The position numbers and the translations under genes are program-made. The notes under the pieces were generated by a model. That model did not search any database and had not been told where the DNA came from. It saw only the letters and a list, made by a program, of their open reading frames with translations. Shown one piece after another: positions 8,670 to 19,001 of a DNA stretch of 64,000 nt (within the stretch, counting starts at the first letter, position 1; each line of letters starts with the position of its first letter). The DNA is from an uncultured Gammaproteobacteria bacterium (GTDB taxonomy: Bacteria > Patescibacteriota > Patescibacteriia > HK-STAS-PATE-3), in contig CAZWTD010000003.1 in the NCBI GenBank assembly GCA_964637345.1, positions 7,678-71,677 of the forward strand. Direction: 5' to 3'.

Positions 8670-10090
8670 TGGGTGATGAACAGCAATACGGCACAGCGCT
8701 GCGTAGAGCACTTCGGTCCGAGTGGCGCGGACGTCGCGTGACCGTGATGGGGCTTGGGCAGTATCGGTATGGGACCGGTCAATCCTCCGCGGCGTTTTTT
8801 GCGTCTCTCGGAGCTAAGGTATTGGTTACCGACCGTCTTTCGTCCGAACATTTTCGTTCGGCTCGGGTAGCGCTCCGGTCCTACACAAACATTCGCTATC
8901 GATTCGGGGAGCACCGCATCGCCGATTTTGAACAGACCGATTTAGTAATAAAAAATCCGATTATTCCTGCGACGTCGGAGTATCTTCAAGCCGCTCGGGC
9001 TCGTGGAATTCCAGTTGAGACTGATGTAAGTTGGTTTATTGGTCGCTGTCCGAGTCGGGTTATTGGCGTAACAGGGACGCGCGGAAAAAGCACGACAGCG
9101 ACGCTTATCGCTCATCTCCTTGGCGGCGAAGCGTCAAATGTATGGCTCGGGGGAAATATCGGTCGTTCGCCACTGCATTTTTTCTTTCGCCTCAATCCCG
9201 ACTCGCTGGTTGTGCTTGAGCTTTCGAGTTGGATGCTCGAATCCATCGCGCCGCACCACTGGTCGCCGTCGATCGCGGTGGTAACGAATTTTTACCGCGA
9301 TCACTTGAATACGTATTCATCATTCGCCGCGTATACGCGAGCGAAGTCTCTGATCGCTCGTTTTCAGCGGCGGTCGGATATCTGTATTTCCAACGGCGAT
9401 CAGCCAACGGTGCAGTCGGTACTTCGAAACATGCCAGGTAAACAGATTCGCTTTTCACTTCAAAACAAAGGTGAAGCGACCCTTAGGGGCGAGTCGTTCG
9501 TATTGAAGCGCGGAGCAAAAATGACACGTTTAGCCTTGCGACGCGACCTGCGCTTGCCCGGAAAACACAATCTTGCGAATGCTTTAGCCGCGCTCACGGC
9601 AGCCGCGCTTCTTGAGCTCCCTGAGCAACGTCTTCGCGCGCGCCTTCGACGTTTTCAGGGCGTCCCGGAACGCATCGAAACAATTCGTATCCTTCGCCGT
9701 CGGCGTTTTGTTGATGATACGACAGCGACAAGTCCAGACGCGACGATCACTGCCGTACATTGCTTTTCGAAACCCTTGACCCTCATCGCCGGGGGAACGG
9801 ATAAGTCTCTTGAGTTTTCTGCACTCGCTCACGTTATTGCACAACGCACAACGCGAGTGATTCTCTTGCCCGGAACAGCAACCGATCGTTTGTCCGTGAA
9901 ACTACAAAAGCTCAACGTTTCTTTTTTCGGCCCGGTTCAATCAATGCGTGAGGCTGTTCGGTTAGCTTGGAAGGGCTCTCGGCCGGGCGAGACAATCCTC
10001 TTATCGCCTGGAGCTGCGAGCTTTGGGCTCTTTGTGAACGAGTTTGACCGCGGAAAAGCTTTTCGCCGGGCTGTGCAAGGACTGCAATGA
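8669..10090 (+). CDS. murD: UDP-N-acetylmuramoylalanine--D-glutamate ligase
   Basis: Mur ligase: Rossmann N-term (VTVMGLGQ...), P-loop IGVTGTRGKSTTATL, GGTDK-type C-domain; position between mraY and ftsW. Start set at internal ATG 8669 overlapping mraY stop (TGATG); ORF-track 5' extension overlaps mraY. Confidence 0.85.
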   Translation: MGDEQQYGTALRRALRSEWRGRRVTVMGLGQYRYGTGQSSAAFFASLGAKVLVTDRLSSEHFRSARVALRSYTNIRYRFGEHRIADFEQTDLVIKNPIIPATSEYLQAARARGIPVETDVSWFIGRCPSRVIGVTGTRGKSTTATLIAHLLGGEASNVWLGGNIGRSPLHFFFRLNPDSLVVLELSSWMLESIAPHHWSPSIAVVTNFYRDHLNTYSSFAAYTRAKSLIARFQRRSDICISNGDQPTVQSVLRNMPGKQIRFSLQNKGEATLRGESFVLKRGAKMTRLALRRDLRLPGKHNLANALAALTAAALLELPEQRLRARLRRFQGVPERIETIRILRRRRFVDDTTATSPDATITAVHCFSKPLTLIAGGTDKSLEFSALAHVIAQRTTRVILLPGTATDRLSVKLQKLNVSFFGPVQSMREAVRLAWKGSRPGETILLSPGAASFGLFVNEFDRGKAFRRAVQGLQ

Positions 10091-11214
10091 TGCATCGAGG
10101 CCGTACAACCCACAAACCAGATTTGATTCTTCTTGCGATCCTCGCTGGCATTGTTCTTTTTGGCCTTATTATGTTGTCGTCGGCGTCATCCGTAACAGCG
10201 TTTCAGCAGTACGGGGATACGAATGAACTCGTGAAGCGCCAAATCATCAGCGCCCTGGTTGGATTTGCGGCGATGTTTATCTGTTTCCGTATCGACTACC
10301 ACGTTTGGCGCCGTTTTGCGATTCCGCTCCTCGCAATTTCCATCCTCGGGTTAATTCTCGTTTTTGTGCCTGGTATCGGCCGCGAGGTGCTCGGTGCGCG
10401 TCGCTGGATAGATCTTGGCGTTTCCTTTCAGCCCACGGAAATTGTGAAGCTTGCCTTTCTTTTTTATCTCGCAAGCTGGCTCGAGCGTCGTCAATCAGGC
10501 TTTCATGATGCGAGAACGAGTCTTCTGCCTTTCGTTATGGTTCTTGGTTTGATCACCCTTCTCGTTATGGCTCAACCGGACCTCGGAACCATGTCCGTGA
10601 TCGCGATAATCGGTATTTCCATGTATTTTATTGGCGGCGCACCGATGAAGCACTTCCTCTGGATTGGCGCGGCTAGCGTTGGATTATTCGCCTTGCTCGT
10701 AAAAATTGCCCCCTATCGAGCGGCGCGTTTTACTGTTTTCCTCAATCCAGAAATTGACCCGCAAGGTATCGGATACCATATCAACCAGGCTCTTCTCGCA
10801 ATTGGTTCCGGCGGTTTGTTTGGGGTTGGACTTGGCCACTCGCGTCAGAAGTTTAATTATCTCCCCGAGGCTTCAACCGATTCGATTTTCGCGATTATGG
10901 GGGAGGAGCTAGGCTTCTTTATTGTTCTCCTCTTCATTGGTGCTTTTTTGGCATTTGTCTATCGAGGATTTCGTATTGCACGCCAAGCCCCGGATATGTT
11001 CGGTCGGCTTCTCGCTGCAGGAATTACGACCTGGTTCGCCTTTCAGGCATTTATAAATATTGGAGCTCTCACCGGCGTGCTCCCGCTGACCGGAATTCCG
11101 CTTCCTTTTGTTAGCTACGGCGGTACGGCCCTAGCCATCGCCCTGGCGGCATCGGGAATACTGCTTAATATTAGCGCTTCGACGGTTGAACGATCGCGTG
11201 CCGGAAACGGATAA
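10087..11214 (+). CDS. ftsW: SEDS-family peptidoglycan glycosyltransferase FtsW
   Basis: 375 aa, 10 TM, FtsW/RodA family motifs; located murD-ftsW-murG; ATGA overlap with murD. Confidence 0.8.
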   Translation: MMHRGRTTHKPDLILLAILAGIVLFGLIMLSSASSVTAFQQYGDTNELVKRQIISALVGFAAMFICFRIDYHVWRRFAIPLLAISILGLILVFVPGIGREVLGARRWIDLGVSFQPTEIVKLAFLFYLASWLERRQSGFHDARTSLLPFVMVLGLITLLVMAQPDLGTMSVIAIIGISMYFIGGAPMKHFLWIGAASVGLFALLVKIAPYRAARFTVFLNPEIDPQGIGYHINQALLAIGSGGLFGVGLGHSRQKFNYLPEASTDSIFAIMGEELGFFIVLLFIGAFLAFVYRGFRIARQAPDMFGRLLAAGITTWFAFQAFINIGALTGVLPLTGIPLPFVSYGGTALAIALAASGILLNISASTVERSRAGNG

Positions 11215-11233
11215 TTATGAATAGCGTAGCCCT

Positions 11234-12298
11234 ATGAATGTCGTTTTGTGTGGCGGTGGAACCGGTGGGCCGGTTACTGCATTGTTAGCAATCGCTGATG
11301 AGATGCGCCGCCGGGATCCAAGCTGCAGTTTTCAGTTTATTGGAACGCAGTCGGGTCCGGAGCGCTTGCTCGTTGAGGCTGCACAGATACCATTTATGAG
11401 CATCTCGGCTGGAAAGCTTCGGCGATACCTTGACTGGAGAAACGTCACGGATATTTTCAGGATTATTGTCGGCTTCACGCAGTCCTTTCGCTTGCTAAAA
11501 TCGTTGCGGCCGGATCTTGTTATTTCGACTGGAAGCTTTGTCGCCGTCCCACTCGTCTGGGCGGCCTCGGTGCTCAAAATTCCCGCAATGACGCATCAAC
11601 TCGATATTGACCCCGGACTTGCTAATCGCTTAATGCTTCCCTTTGTTCGCCTCTGTACCGTCGGTTTTTCTGAAACGGTTGTTGAGCTTCGGTCCGCAAA
11701 AGCCGTTCAGACCGGAAACCCGTTTCGTGCTTCAGTGACCGAGGGAAATACCGCCCGGGCTCGTCGTTTGTTTGACTTACGTGACGATTTACCGGTAGTG
11801 CTTTGTACTGGTGGCGGGACCGGAGCGGCGCGCCTCAACCATCTTTTCCTCGGGGCTGCGATGAAACTCTTTGATCGTTGTCAGGTCATTCATATCACCG
11901 GAAAAGGAAAGCGGCTCTTAACGCTCAACCATCCGAATTACCACTCGTACGAATTTTTACTTGAGGAGATGCGAGATGCGCTCGCTGTGGCTGACGTAGT
12001 AGTCAGCCGGGCCGGCCTCGCAACACTCACGGAATTAAGCGTGTTGCGGAAGCCGACGATTCTCGTCCCAATTTCGGGGTCACATCAAGAACGAAACGCG
12101 CAATTTTATGGTCAACGCGATGCGGCTCTCGTGCTCGAAGAGCCGACCTTAACGGATAGTCTTTTTGCGCAACACATCAGCCGACTTCTCGATGACTCTG
12201 GCGAACGGCAACGCTTGTCTGATCGCATGGGAAGCCTCGCTGCTCCCGACGCGAATCGAAGAGTTGTCGATGAGATTCTGAAACTCATTCCCGTATGA
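11234..12298 (+). CDS. murG: undecaprenyldiphospho-muramoylpentapeptide beta-N-acetylglucosaminyltransferase
   Basis: N-term MNVVLCGGGTGGPVTALLA (G-loop of GT28 MurG), C-terminal UDP-GlcNAc-binding domain; synteny. Confidence 0.85.
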   Translation: MNVVLCGGGTGGPVTALLAIADEMRRRDPSCSFQFIGTQSGPERLLVEAAQIPFMSISAGKLRRYLDWRNVTDIFRIIVGFTQSFRLLKSLRPDLVISTGSFVAVPLVWAASVLKIPAMTHQLDIDPGLANRLMLPFVRLCTVGFSETVVELRSAKAVQTGNPFRASVTEGNTARARRLFDLRDDLPVVLCTGGGTGAARLNHLFLGAAMKLFDRCQVIHITGKGKRLLTLNHPNYHSYEFLLEEMRDALAVADVVVSRAGLATLTELSVLRKPTILVPISGSHQERNAQFYGQRDAALVLEEPTLTDSLFAQHISRLLDDSGERQRLSDRMGSLAAPDANRRVVDEILKLIPV

Positions 12299-13662
12299 AG
12301 ATTCGCGACGCTCATCATGTGCACTGTGCTGGAATCGGGGGGATTGGTATTAGCGCCTTGGCGCGCTGGCTACGATCGCTTGGTATTCCCGTGACCGGGT
12401 CAGACCTTAGCGAATCGGTTGTTATCGAAGGACTGCGGCAGCTTGGAGTGGATGTTCAGGTCGGCGAGTCAGGGAAAAATCTCCCCGAGGAAGTCGATGT
12501 TCTTGTCTATAGTCCGGCGATTTCGGAGCAAGACCCGCTCCGCGTCCAAGCCCAATCACGGTCTCTTGTGCAGCTTAGTTATCCGGAAGCCCTCGCTCAG
12601 CTACTTGAAGGATATGTAAGTGTTGCTGTTGCTGGAACGCACGGCAAGACAACAACGACTGCGATGCTCGGCTCGATTCTTGAAGCCGCTGGCCTCGACC
12701 CAGTCGTGGTTGTCGGAAGTCTTATTCCAGCTTGGTCGGGAAATTTTCGTCAAGGCCGAGGAAAGATATGCGTGTTTGAGGCTGACGAGTACAATCGTTC
12801 CTTTCTCGCGTATCATCCGAATCATATTGTCGTTACCAATATTGATAAAGACCACCTCGATACTTACCGTGGACTTGAGGACATTATGAGTACCTTCCAA
12901 CAGTTTGTCGGCCAGATTCAGCCAAATGGCTCGATTATCCGAAACGCGGATGACGTGAATTCTGCTCGATTGAAGGGTTTGGAGGGAACCACGGTGCATG
13001 AGGTAAGTGTTCGTCAGTTGGTGAACCTTGCGCCAAGAACTGATACGTTCGGAATTGAGGGGTTTCACCCAGCGTTTGGTCGCATTGCGCTCGCTGTCCC
13101 TGGCGTTCACATGATGGCCAATGCTCTTGCCGCCGCCGCTGCTGCCTCTGCTCTTGGAGTGTCGACAGAAGCGATCCAGCGAGGCTTAGCTTCGTATGCA
13201 GGCGCCTGGCGAAGATTTGAACGGGTAGGTGAGTTGAACCAGGCTCCGGTGTACTCTGACTACGCGCACCATCCGACCGAGATACAAGCAACGCTTGATG
13301 CTGCTCGAGCGGCTTTCCCCGATCAGCGCATTGTCGTTCTTTTCCAGCCGCATCAGCAGCGTCGACTTCGCCTTCTTTTTGACGACTTTGTGAAGAGCCT
13401 CGAAGGTCAACAGAACCTCGGCGTTATCGAAACGTATGAAGTCCCCGGCCGAGAGGATCGCGAGTTATCCGATAGGAATGCGGCGACGTTGGTTCAGGAG
13501 CTCGCTCGACGCGGCGCAGGAGCGCAGTATTTTTCAACCTTGAACGAGGGAATAACATGGCTTCAAAAGGAAGCGCACTCAGGCTCAATTCTTCTCTGTT
13601 TAGGAGCAGGTAGTATTCACGCAGCAATTACCTCATTGTTATCAGGAAGCCGCCATGCCTGA
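12295..13662 (+). CDS. murC: UDP-N-acetylmuramate--L-alanine ligase
   Basis: VHCAGIGGIGISALA Rossmann start, P-loop VAVAGTHGKTTTTAM, Mur ligase middle and C domains; ATGA overlap with murG. Confidence 0.85.
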   Translation: MKIRDAHHVHCAGIGGIGISALARWLRSLGIPVTGSDLSESVVIEGLRQLGVDVQVGESGKNLPEEVDVLVYSPAISEQDPLRVQAQSRSLVQLSYPEALAQLLEGYVSVAVAGTHGKTTTTAMLGSILEAAGLDPVVVVGSLIPAWSGNFRQGRGKICVFEADEYNRSFLAYHPNHIVVTNIDKDHLDTYRGLEDIMSTFQQFVGQIQPNGSIIRNADDVNSARLKGLEGTTVHEVSVRQLVNLAPRTDTFGIEGFHPAFGRIALAVPGVHMMANALAAAAAASALGVSTEAIQRGLASYAGAWRRFERVGELNQAPVYSDYAHHPTEIQATLDAARAAFPDQRIVVLFQPHQQRRLRLLFDDFVKSLEGQQNLGVIETYEVPGREDRELSDRNAATLVQELARRGAGAQYFSTLNEGITWLQKEAHSGSILLCLGAGSIHAAITSLLSGSRHA

Positions 13663-14572
13663 TTTAGAACAACAACTCGAGCAATTTCGTGAACGCTTCC
13701 CCGCGCTTCGACTCAAGGAGCCACTCGCGCCACATACCTATTTTAAGGTTGGCGGACCAGCCCAGGCCTACCTCCATCCAGGAACGATTGAAGAATTTGA
13801 AGCAGCCGTTTTAACGGCAATTACGCTCGGGATTCCCTACACGGTTATCGGCGGCGGGGCGAATATTCTCGTAGCAGATCAGGGCGTCTCAGGGCTCGTC
13901 CTTCGGAATGGCGGAAAGCTTTGCCGACGCCTTGAGTCCGGCCGCATTTTAGCTGATGCAGGAGTCCCGCTCGGCGGGCTCATGAACGAAGCTGGACAAG
14001 CCGCATTAACAGGTTTTGAATTCCTCGCCGGAATTCCCGGGACCGTGGGCGGTGCGGTTTTTGGAAATGCTGGAGGGAAAGACTTGGCGACAGGAGACCG
14101 AATTGAGTCGGTTCGTTGGATCGATGCGTCAGGCAAGATTCAAGAGAGTTCTCAAGCAGACTGTTCTTTCTCCTATCGATCAAGTCGTTTTAAGCAAAAC
14201 GGGGGAGTCGTCCTTCAAGCTACCTTTCAGCTTGAGCCCGGCGATCCAGTCCTTATTCGAACAACGATTGAGCAGGCTCTTCAGCGAAAGCGTTCTGTTC
14301 AGCCGCTTGGAAGCGCGTCGGCTGGCTGCGTTTTTACGAACCCGCCCGGCCAATCAGCCGGTCGCTTAATTGATGAAGCTGGTTTGAAGGGAAAGCGAAT
14401 TGGGGGCGCCGAGGTGTCTTCGGTTCATGGGAATTTTATTATCAACGCGGATCATGCGAGCGCGGAAGATATTATTATTCTCATTAGTTATCTTAAGCAG
14501 CAGATTCGCGATCGATTTGGCGTGCAGCTTCAGGAAGAAATTCGTTACATCGGTTTTTCGCACCATGAATAA
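13655..14572 (+). CDS. murB: UDP-N-acetylenolpyruvoylglucosamine reductase
   Basis: 305 aa FAD-binding PCMH fold (FKVGGPAQAYLHP, IGGGANILV), MurB C-terminal domain. Confidence 0.85.
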   Translation: MPDLEQQLEQFRERFPALRLKEPLAPHTYFKVGGPAQAYLHPGTIEEFEAAVLTAITLGIPYTVIGGGANILVADQGVSGLVLRNGGKLCRRLESGRILADAGVPLGGLMNEAGQAALTGFEFLAGIPGTVGGAVFGNAGGKDLATGDRIESVRWIDASGKIQESSQADCSFSYRSSRFKQNGGVVLQATFQLEPGDPVLIRTTIEQALQRKRSVQPLGSASAGCVFTNPPGQSAGRLIDEAGLKGKRIGGAEVSSVHGNFIINADHASAEDIIILISYLKQQIRDRFGVQLQEEIRYIGFSHHE

Positions 14573-14903
14573 CCTTTCGCTCACCAATCACGATGCAGTT
14601 GCGTCCCAGTCTGAGGAATATCTTCGGATGAAGCTTGAACGCGTCGAGGAATATTCCGGTCCGATTGCGTCGGCTCGCGCGGTTTTTCGGCGGAATCATC
14701 ATCATCGAAGCGGCGACGTGTGGAGCTTGCGCGTTCAACTTGACGCTGAGCATGGATTAGTTACTGCAGCATGTGATGCGCCCGATGAGCGAAGCGCAAT
14801 CGATCGAGTTCAAGAGAAGCTTGAGCAGCAATATCGCCACCGTCGGCGGAGCGCTTTACAGTCGAATCGGAAGAGGGTAGAGTATTCGGACGACGACGTA
14901 TGA
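14565..14903 (+). CDS. hpf: ribosome hibernation promoting factor / RaiA (short form)
   Basis: 112 aa from internal ATG 14565 (upstream part of track ORF overlaps murB out of frame). Pattern [28 protein letters not shown]...ARAVFRR...[39 protein letters not shown] matches HPF/YfiA beta-alpha-beta-beta-beta-alpha core; overlaps murB stop and secA start. Confidence 0.7.
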   Translation: MNNLSLTNHDAVASQSEEYLRMKLERVEEYSGPIASARAVFRRNHHHRSGDVWSLRVQLDAEHGLVTAACDAPDERSAIDRVQEKLEQQYRHRRRSALQSNRKRVEYSDDDV

Positions 14904-17554
14904 AGCTGAATATTTTTGGCGATCCTAACGCGAAGATGATTCGCTCGCTCGAGCCCTTGGTTCGGGCGGTGAATGCGTTCGCGAAAGAGTTCGAGGGGCG
15001 ACCGGTTCGTCAGCTCGTTCAGCGGTTCCAGGAATTGCGAAGCCAAGCCCCAAGCATGGACGACGCTGCCTTTGACCGTATACTTCCGGAGGTATTTGCG
15101 ATCGTCCGAGAAGTTTCTGCTCAGGTGCTCCACCTACGACATTTTGACGAGCAGTTGATGGGCGGCGTTGTGCTCCATCAAGGAAAGATTGCCGAAATGC
15201 GTACCGGTGAAGGGAAAACCCTCGTTGCTACACTTCCTGTTGCATTGAACGCCCTACGTGGACGAGGAGTTCATGTCGTGACGGTGAACGATTATCTTGC
15301 TAAGCGCGATGCGCAGTGGATGGGCGCGCTCTATCATGCCCTTGGATTGAGTGTTGGAATTATTCAACACGAGGCCGCGTTTCTTTATGATCCGGAGGCG
15401 CATCCGAGCGATGAGCGACTAGATCGCTTGCGCCCAGTTGAACGGCACGAGGCCTACGCAGCGGATATAACCTATGGGACAAACAACGAGTTCGGGTTTG
15501 ACTATCTCCGCGACAATATGGTTCCGGACCAAAGCCGTAAAGTACAGCGCGGGCTTTCATATGCGATCGTCGATGAAGTAGACTCGATTCTCATTGACGA
15601 GGCTCGAACTCCCTTAATTATTTCCGCGCCGGCCGAAGAGTCGACCGATCAGTATTATCGTTTCGCTGAGCTCGTACGGAGGCTCGAGGCAGGAACTGAT
15701 TATTCGATCGACGAGAAGCTGCGCGCCTCGACGTTGACGGAAGCCGGGATTACCAAGATGGAGCAAGCCTTAGGGCTTGGGAATATTTACGAGGCAGGCG
15801 GGATGGAGACCGTTCATCATCTCGAACAAGCGCTGAAAGCGGAAACCTTATTCCAACGCGATCGAGATTACGTCGTAAAGGACGGCGAAGTCATTATCGT
15901 TGATGAGTTTACGGGACGTTTGATGTTTGGCCGCCGTTTTTCCGAGGGGCTTCATCAGGCAATCGAGGCGAAAGAAGGCGTTGAGATAAAGAAGGAAAGT
16001 GAAACACTCGCAACAATTTCCTTTCAGAATCTCTTCCGGCTTTACGCGAAACTATCCGGGATGACTGGAACGGCCGTAACCGAGGCTGAGGAGTTTTCGA
16101 AAATTTATTCCCTAGAGGTTGTTATTATCCCGACCCACCGTCCAATGGTTCGGAAGGACGCCCCGGACAGCGTCTATCAGTCCGAAAAAGGGAAGTTTCT
16201 TGCCGTGGTTCGAGAGATTAAGCAGCGGCATGAACTTGGCCAGCCGGTTCTCGTTGGAACAATTTCAATTGAGAAAAATGAAATACTTGGCGAGCTGCTT
16301 AGCCGTGAGGGCATTCCTCATGAATTGCTGAATGCGAAAAACCACGAACGTGAAGCTGCAATTATTAGCCAGGCAGGCCGACGCGGCGCCGTGACCGTCG
16401 CAACAAATATGGCAGGTCGCGGCGTTGACATCATCCTCGGAGGTAGTCCGCCCGATCCGGAAGAGGCTGCTTTTGTTCGTTCGGTCGGCGGTCTACATGT
16501 ACTCGGGACTGAACGGCATGAATCTCGCCGCATTGATAATCAGCTCCGAGGCCGTTCCGGACGGCAGGGAGACCCAGGCTCATCACAGTTTTTTGTCAGC
16601 ATGGACGATGACCTGATGCGGATTTTCGGGTCTGATCGCCTGAAGGGGCTTATGGGACGACTCGGTCTGCCTGAAGACACGCCGATTGAAAATAGTCTTG
16701 TTTCACGCTCGATTGAAGCTGCGCAAAAGAAAGTTGAAGGCCATAACTTCGATATTCGAAAACATCTCGTTGAGTACGACGACGTGATGAATAAGCATCG
16801 TGAGGTCATTTACCGAAAACGAAATGAGTTCCTTGAGCTTCCAGTCGAGGAGCGAAAAGCGAAAATAGTAGAGCTCGTTTCCGGCGAGCTGTCGAATATC
16901 GTGTCCCTGCATACCGCCTCAGAAGATGAACATAGCTGGGCAATTGAAGATATTTACAAAGCGGTTGACGCGTTATTCCCGGTAAGCATCGAACAGCGCA
17001 TTCAACTCGATGATTTACGAGCGCAGGCCGGGGATGAGGCTCACGATGCGCGGGCGAGAGCTGGAATGATTTCTTACCTTAACGGGCTAGCTTCGAACTC
17101 CTATAACGCTCTTGAGCAAGCCCTTGGAGCCGACCGGATGCGGCTTATTGAGCTGGGTTTAGCCTTACGAACGATTGATACGCTCTGGATTGAGCATCTT
17201 GACCTCATGGATCATCTTCGGCGGGGGATCGGTCTCCGCGGTTACGGCCAACGAGATCCGCTTGTCGAGTACAAACGCGAGGCCTACGCCCTCTTTACCC
17301 AGCTCATGAATTCAGTAAATTCTACGATTGTGTACTCGATTTTCCGCATGGGGGCGGCCCAGCATATCGCTACATCAAGCCCAATGCAGCGCAGTCGCCT
17401 TACCGTTTCAGCCCCGGCAAAGGAAATGCAGCCGCAGAGCGCCACAGAATCAAGCTCTGCTCCCCGCGCTACCCCGGATCAGCCGAAAGTAGGCCGGAAC
17501 GACCCTTGCCCGTGTGGAAGTGGAAAAAAGTATAAGAAGTGTCACGGAGCTTAA
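14900..17554 (+). CDS. secA: preprotein translocase ATPase SecA
   Basis: 884 aa; DEAD motor motifs ([26 protein letters not shown]), preprotein cross-linking and helical scaffold domains, C-terminal zinc-binding [14 protein letters not shown]. Confidence 0.95.
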   Translation: MKLNIFGDPNAKMIRSLEPLVRAVNAFAKEFEGRPVRQLVQRFQELRSQAPSMDDAAFDRILPEVFAIVREVSAQVLHLRHFDEQLMGGVVLHQGKIAEMRTGEGKTLVATLPVALNALRGRGVHVVTVNDYLAKRDAQWMGALYHALGLSVGIIQHEAAFLYDPEAHPSDERLDRLRPVERHEAYAADITYGTNNEFGFDYLRDNMVPDQSRKVQRGLSYAIVDEVDSILIDEARTPLIISAPAEESTDQYYRFAELVRRLEAGTDYSIDEKLRASTLTEAGITKMEQALGLGNIYEAGGMETVHHLEQALKAETLFQRDRDYVVKDGEVIIVDEFTGRLMFGRRFSEGLHQAIEAKEGVEIKKESETLATISFQNLFRLYAKLSGMTGTAVTEAEEFSKIYSLEVVIIPTHRPMVRKDAPDSVYQSEKGKFLAVVREIKQRHELGQPVLVGTISIEKNEILGELLSREGIPHELLNAKNHEREAAIISQAGRRGAVTVATNMAGRGVDIILGGSPPDPEEAAFVRSVGGLHVLGTERHESRRIDNQLRGRSGRQGDPGSSQFFVSMDDDLMRIFGSDRLKGLMGRLGLPEDTPIENSLVSRSIEAAQKKVEGHNFDIRKHLVEYDDVMNKHREVIYRKRNEFLELPVEERKAKIVELVSGELSNIVSLHTASEDEHSWAIEDIYKAVDALFPVSIEQRIQLDDLRAQAGDEAHDARARAGMISYLNGLASNSYNALEQALGADRMRLIELGLALRTIDTLWIEHLDLMDHLRRGIGLRGYGQRDPLVEYKREAYALFTQLMNSVNSTIVYSIFRMGAAQHIATSSPMQRSRLTVSAPAKEMQPQSATESSSAPRATPDQPKVGRNDPCPCGSGKKYKKCHGA

Positions 17555-17574
17555 TTTTGCTAATATTAGCAAAA
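17555..17574 (+). terminator. perfect 20-bp palindrome TTTTGCTAATATTAGCAAAA directly after secA stop (possible terminator hairpin or operator)
   Basis: Self-complementary sequence seen directly; A/T-rich stem, followed by A-tract rather than U-tract on plus strand, so terminator function uncertain. Confidence 0.25.
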
Positions 17575-17608
17575 AAAGTTAGAATGTGGGCGAAGCACGC
17601 CATTTTGC

Positions 17609-17637
17609 TTGACAGTTTATTTGCCGCCGGGTATAGT
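17609..17637 (+). promoter_or_regulatory. putative sigma-70 promoter for infA-rpmJ-rpsM-rpsK-rpsD-rpoA-rplQ operon (TTGACA-N17-TATAGT)
   Basis: Consensus -35 TTGACA 17609-17614, 17-nt spacer ending in GGG, -10 TATAGT 17632-17637, in the only sizeable intergenic region (17555-17753) upstream of infA. Confidence 0.5.
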
Positions 17638-17753
17638 TGCACACGAACGCACGACTTTTTGATGATCTCGTTGCTAGAGCCTTTCTTTCGTCAGTCCCAA
17701 TTTATCGGGAAGGAAGAAACCTCGAATATGAGATTCCAGGGTCGTTTGCGCGT

Positions 17754-18014
17754 ATGAACCAACCAAATCCTACCGAAAAAGGGAAGCTCCAAGTTTCCGA
17801 AAATAAGAAAGGATTCATCGAGGTTCTTGGAACCGTTGATGAGCTCCTTCCGAACGCCATGTTTCGCGTCACACTCGAGAATGGACGAGAAATTCTCGCT
17901 CATCTCTCAGGCCGGATGCGAATGTTCAAGATTCGCATTCTCCCGGGCGACAAGGTTACGCTCGAGATGACTCCCTACGATCTTACAAAAGGCCGGATTA
18001 CCTATCGACATTAG
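17754..18014 (+). CDS. infA: translation initiation factor IF-1
   Basis: S1-like OB fold: [67 protein letters not shown] aligns along full length with IF-1; start at internal ATG 17754 gives ~14-aa N-terminal extension. Confidence 0.85.
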   Translation: MNQPNPTEKGKLQVSENKKGFIEVLGTVDELLPNAMFRVTLENGREILAHLSGRMRMFKIRILPGDKVTLEMTPYDLTKGRITYRH

Positions 18015-18020
18015 CCTGCT

Positions 18021-18134
18021 ATGAAGGTTCGACCATCAGTCAAAATCATGTGTCAGAATTGCCGGATGGTCCGCCGGAAAAAGCGGCTCGTCGTCATTTG
18101 CTCCAATCCGAAGCATAAACAGCGACAAGGATAA
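18021..18134 (+). CDS. rpmJ: 50S ribosomal protein L36
   Basis: Not in ORF track (37 aa). Translation [37 protein letters not shown] matches L36 zinc-ribbon consensus (C..C...C....H); canonical position infA-rpmJ-rpsM. Confidence 0.85.
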   Translation: MKVRPSVKIMCQNCRMVRRKKRLVVICSNPKHKQRQG

Positions 18135-18136
18135 TT

Positions 18137-18529
18137 ATGGCTGCTCGACTTGCCGGGGTCATCCTCCCACACAACAAGCGCGTTGAATACGCCCTCCCGT
18201 ATATCTACGGAATTGGTCGGAGCCAAGCTTTAGCCATTCTCCGTGAAGCGAATATTGATCTCGGTATCCGTACGCAGGATTTGACGGAACGGCAGGTCAA
18301 TGACCTTCGGGAAATTATTGAGAAGCGCTTTCGCGTTGAAGGTGAGCTCCGGCGGGAAATTGCCCTGAATATTAAGCGTTTGAAAGATATTAATGCGTAT
18401 CGCGGTGTCCGCCACGCACGCCAACTCCCAACTCGGGGACAGCGGACGAAGACAAATTCCCGGACTGTCCGCGGTAACGTTCGTCGAACGATGGGATCTG
18501 GTCGACGAGCCGCTGCTGAAAAGACCTAA
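18137..18529 (+). CDS. rpsM: 30S ribosomal protein S13
   Basis: [31 protein letters not shown]... S13 N-terminus and basic C-terminal tail; alpha-operon synteny. Confidence 0.9.
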   Translation: MAARLAGVILPHNKRVEYALPYIYGIGRSQALAILREANIDLGIRTQDLTERQVNDLREIIEKRFRVEGELRREIALNIKRLKDINAYRGVRHARQLPTRGQRTKTNSRTVRGNVRRTMGSGRRAAAEKT

Positions 18530-18534
18530 GCTCT

Positions 18535-18996
18535 ATGGCTGACGAACTCGCAACAACTGAAGCAACCCCGATTGTCGAGACGCCTACGGCTGAAGCCGCA
18601 GCGGCCGCCGTTAAAGCTCCTCGAGCCCGCGGAAAGAAGCGAAAGAAGTTTGTTGCGCATGGGCATGCGCACATTTTGGCCACCTATAACAATACGATTG
18701 TTACGATTTCTGACCCGGCCGGAAATGTGCTCGCCTTCGCTTCATCCGGTATGGTTGGCTTCAAAGGGCCGAAGAAAGCTACTCCCTATGCCGCTGGGGT
18801 TGTTGTCCGAAATGTTGCGGAGAAGCTGAAAGATGTCGGTCTTAAGAGCGTAGATGTCTTTATTCGAGGCATCGGATCGGGCCGCGAAGCAGCTGTCCGC
18901 GCTTTGAACGCCAACGGAATCGCAGTCCAAATGATTAAAGATATTACCCCGACGCCGCATAATGGCTGCCGGCCACGTAAGATCCGCCGCGTCTAA
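18535..18996 (+). CDS. rpsK: 30S ribosomal protein S11 (with ~25-aa acidic/Ala-rich N-terminal extension)
   Basis: Core AHGHAHILATYNNTIVTISDPAGNVLAFASSG...TPTPHNGCRPRKIRRV matches S11 end to end. Confidence 0.9.
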   Translation: MADELATTEATPIVETPTAEAAAAAVKAPRARGKKRKKFVAHGHAHILATYNNTIVTISDPAGNVLAFASSGMVGFKGPKKATPYAAGVVVRNVAEKLKDVGLKSVDVFIRGIGSGREAAVRALNANGIAVQMIKDITPTPHNGCRPRKIRRV

Positions 18997-19001
18997 CCCC
19001 T

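Noticed and set aside
7623-10090. Alternative genetic code (UGA as sense, as in Gracilibacteria/Absconditabacteria)
   Set aside because: TGA terminates conserved genes exactly where orthologs end (mraY, murD, pilC, permease, thpR), so the standard bacterial code fits.
12601-13110. 169-aa antisense ORF inside murC (similar long antisense ORFs at 8114-8443, 31603-32070, 32269-32832, 44284-44562, 59056-59403)
   Set aside because: They overlap strongly supported conserved genes on the opposite strand and have no recognisable motifs. At this GC content long antisense ORFs are expected by chance.
14400-14564. 5' extension of the hpf ORF (track ORF 14400-14903)
   Set aside because: The extension overlaps murB in another frame and has no similarity to HPF; the HPF homology begins at the internal ATG 14565.
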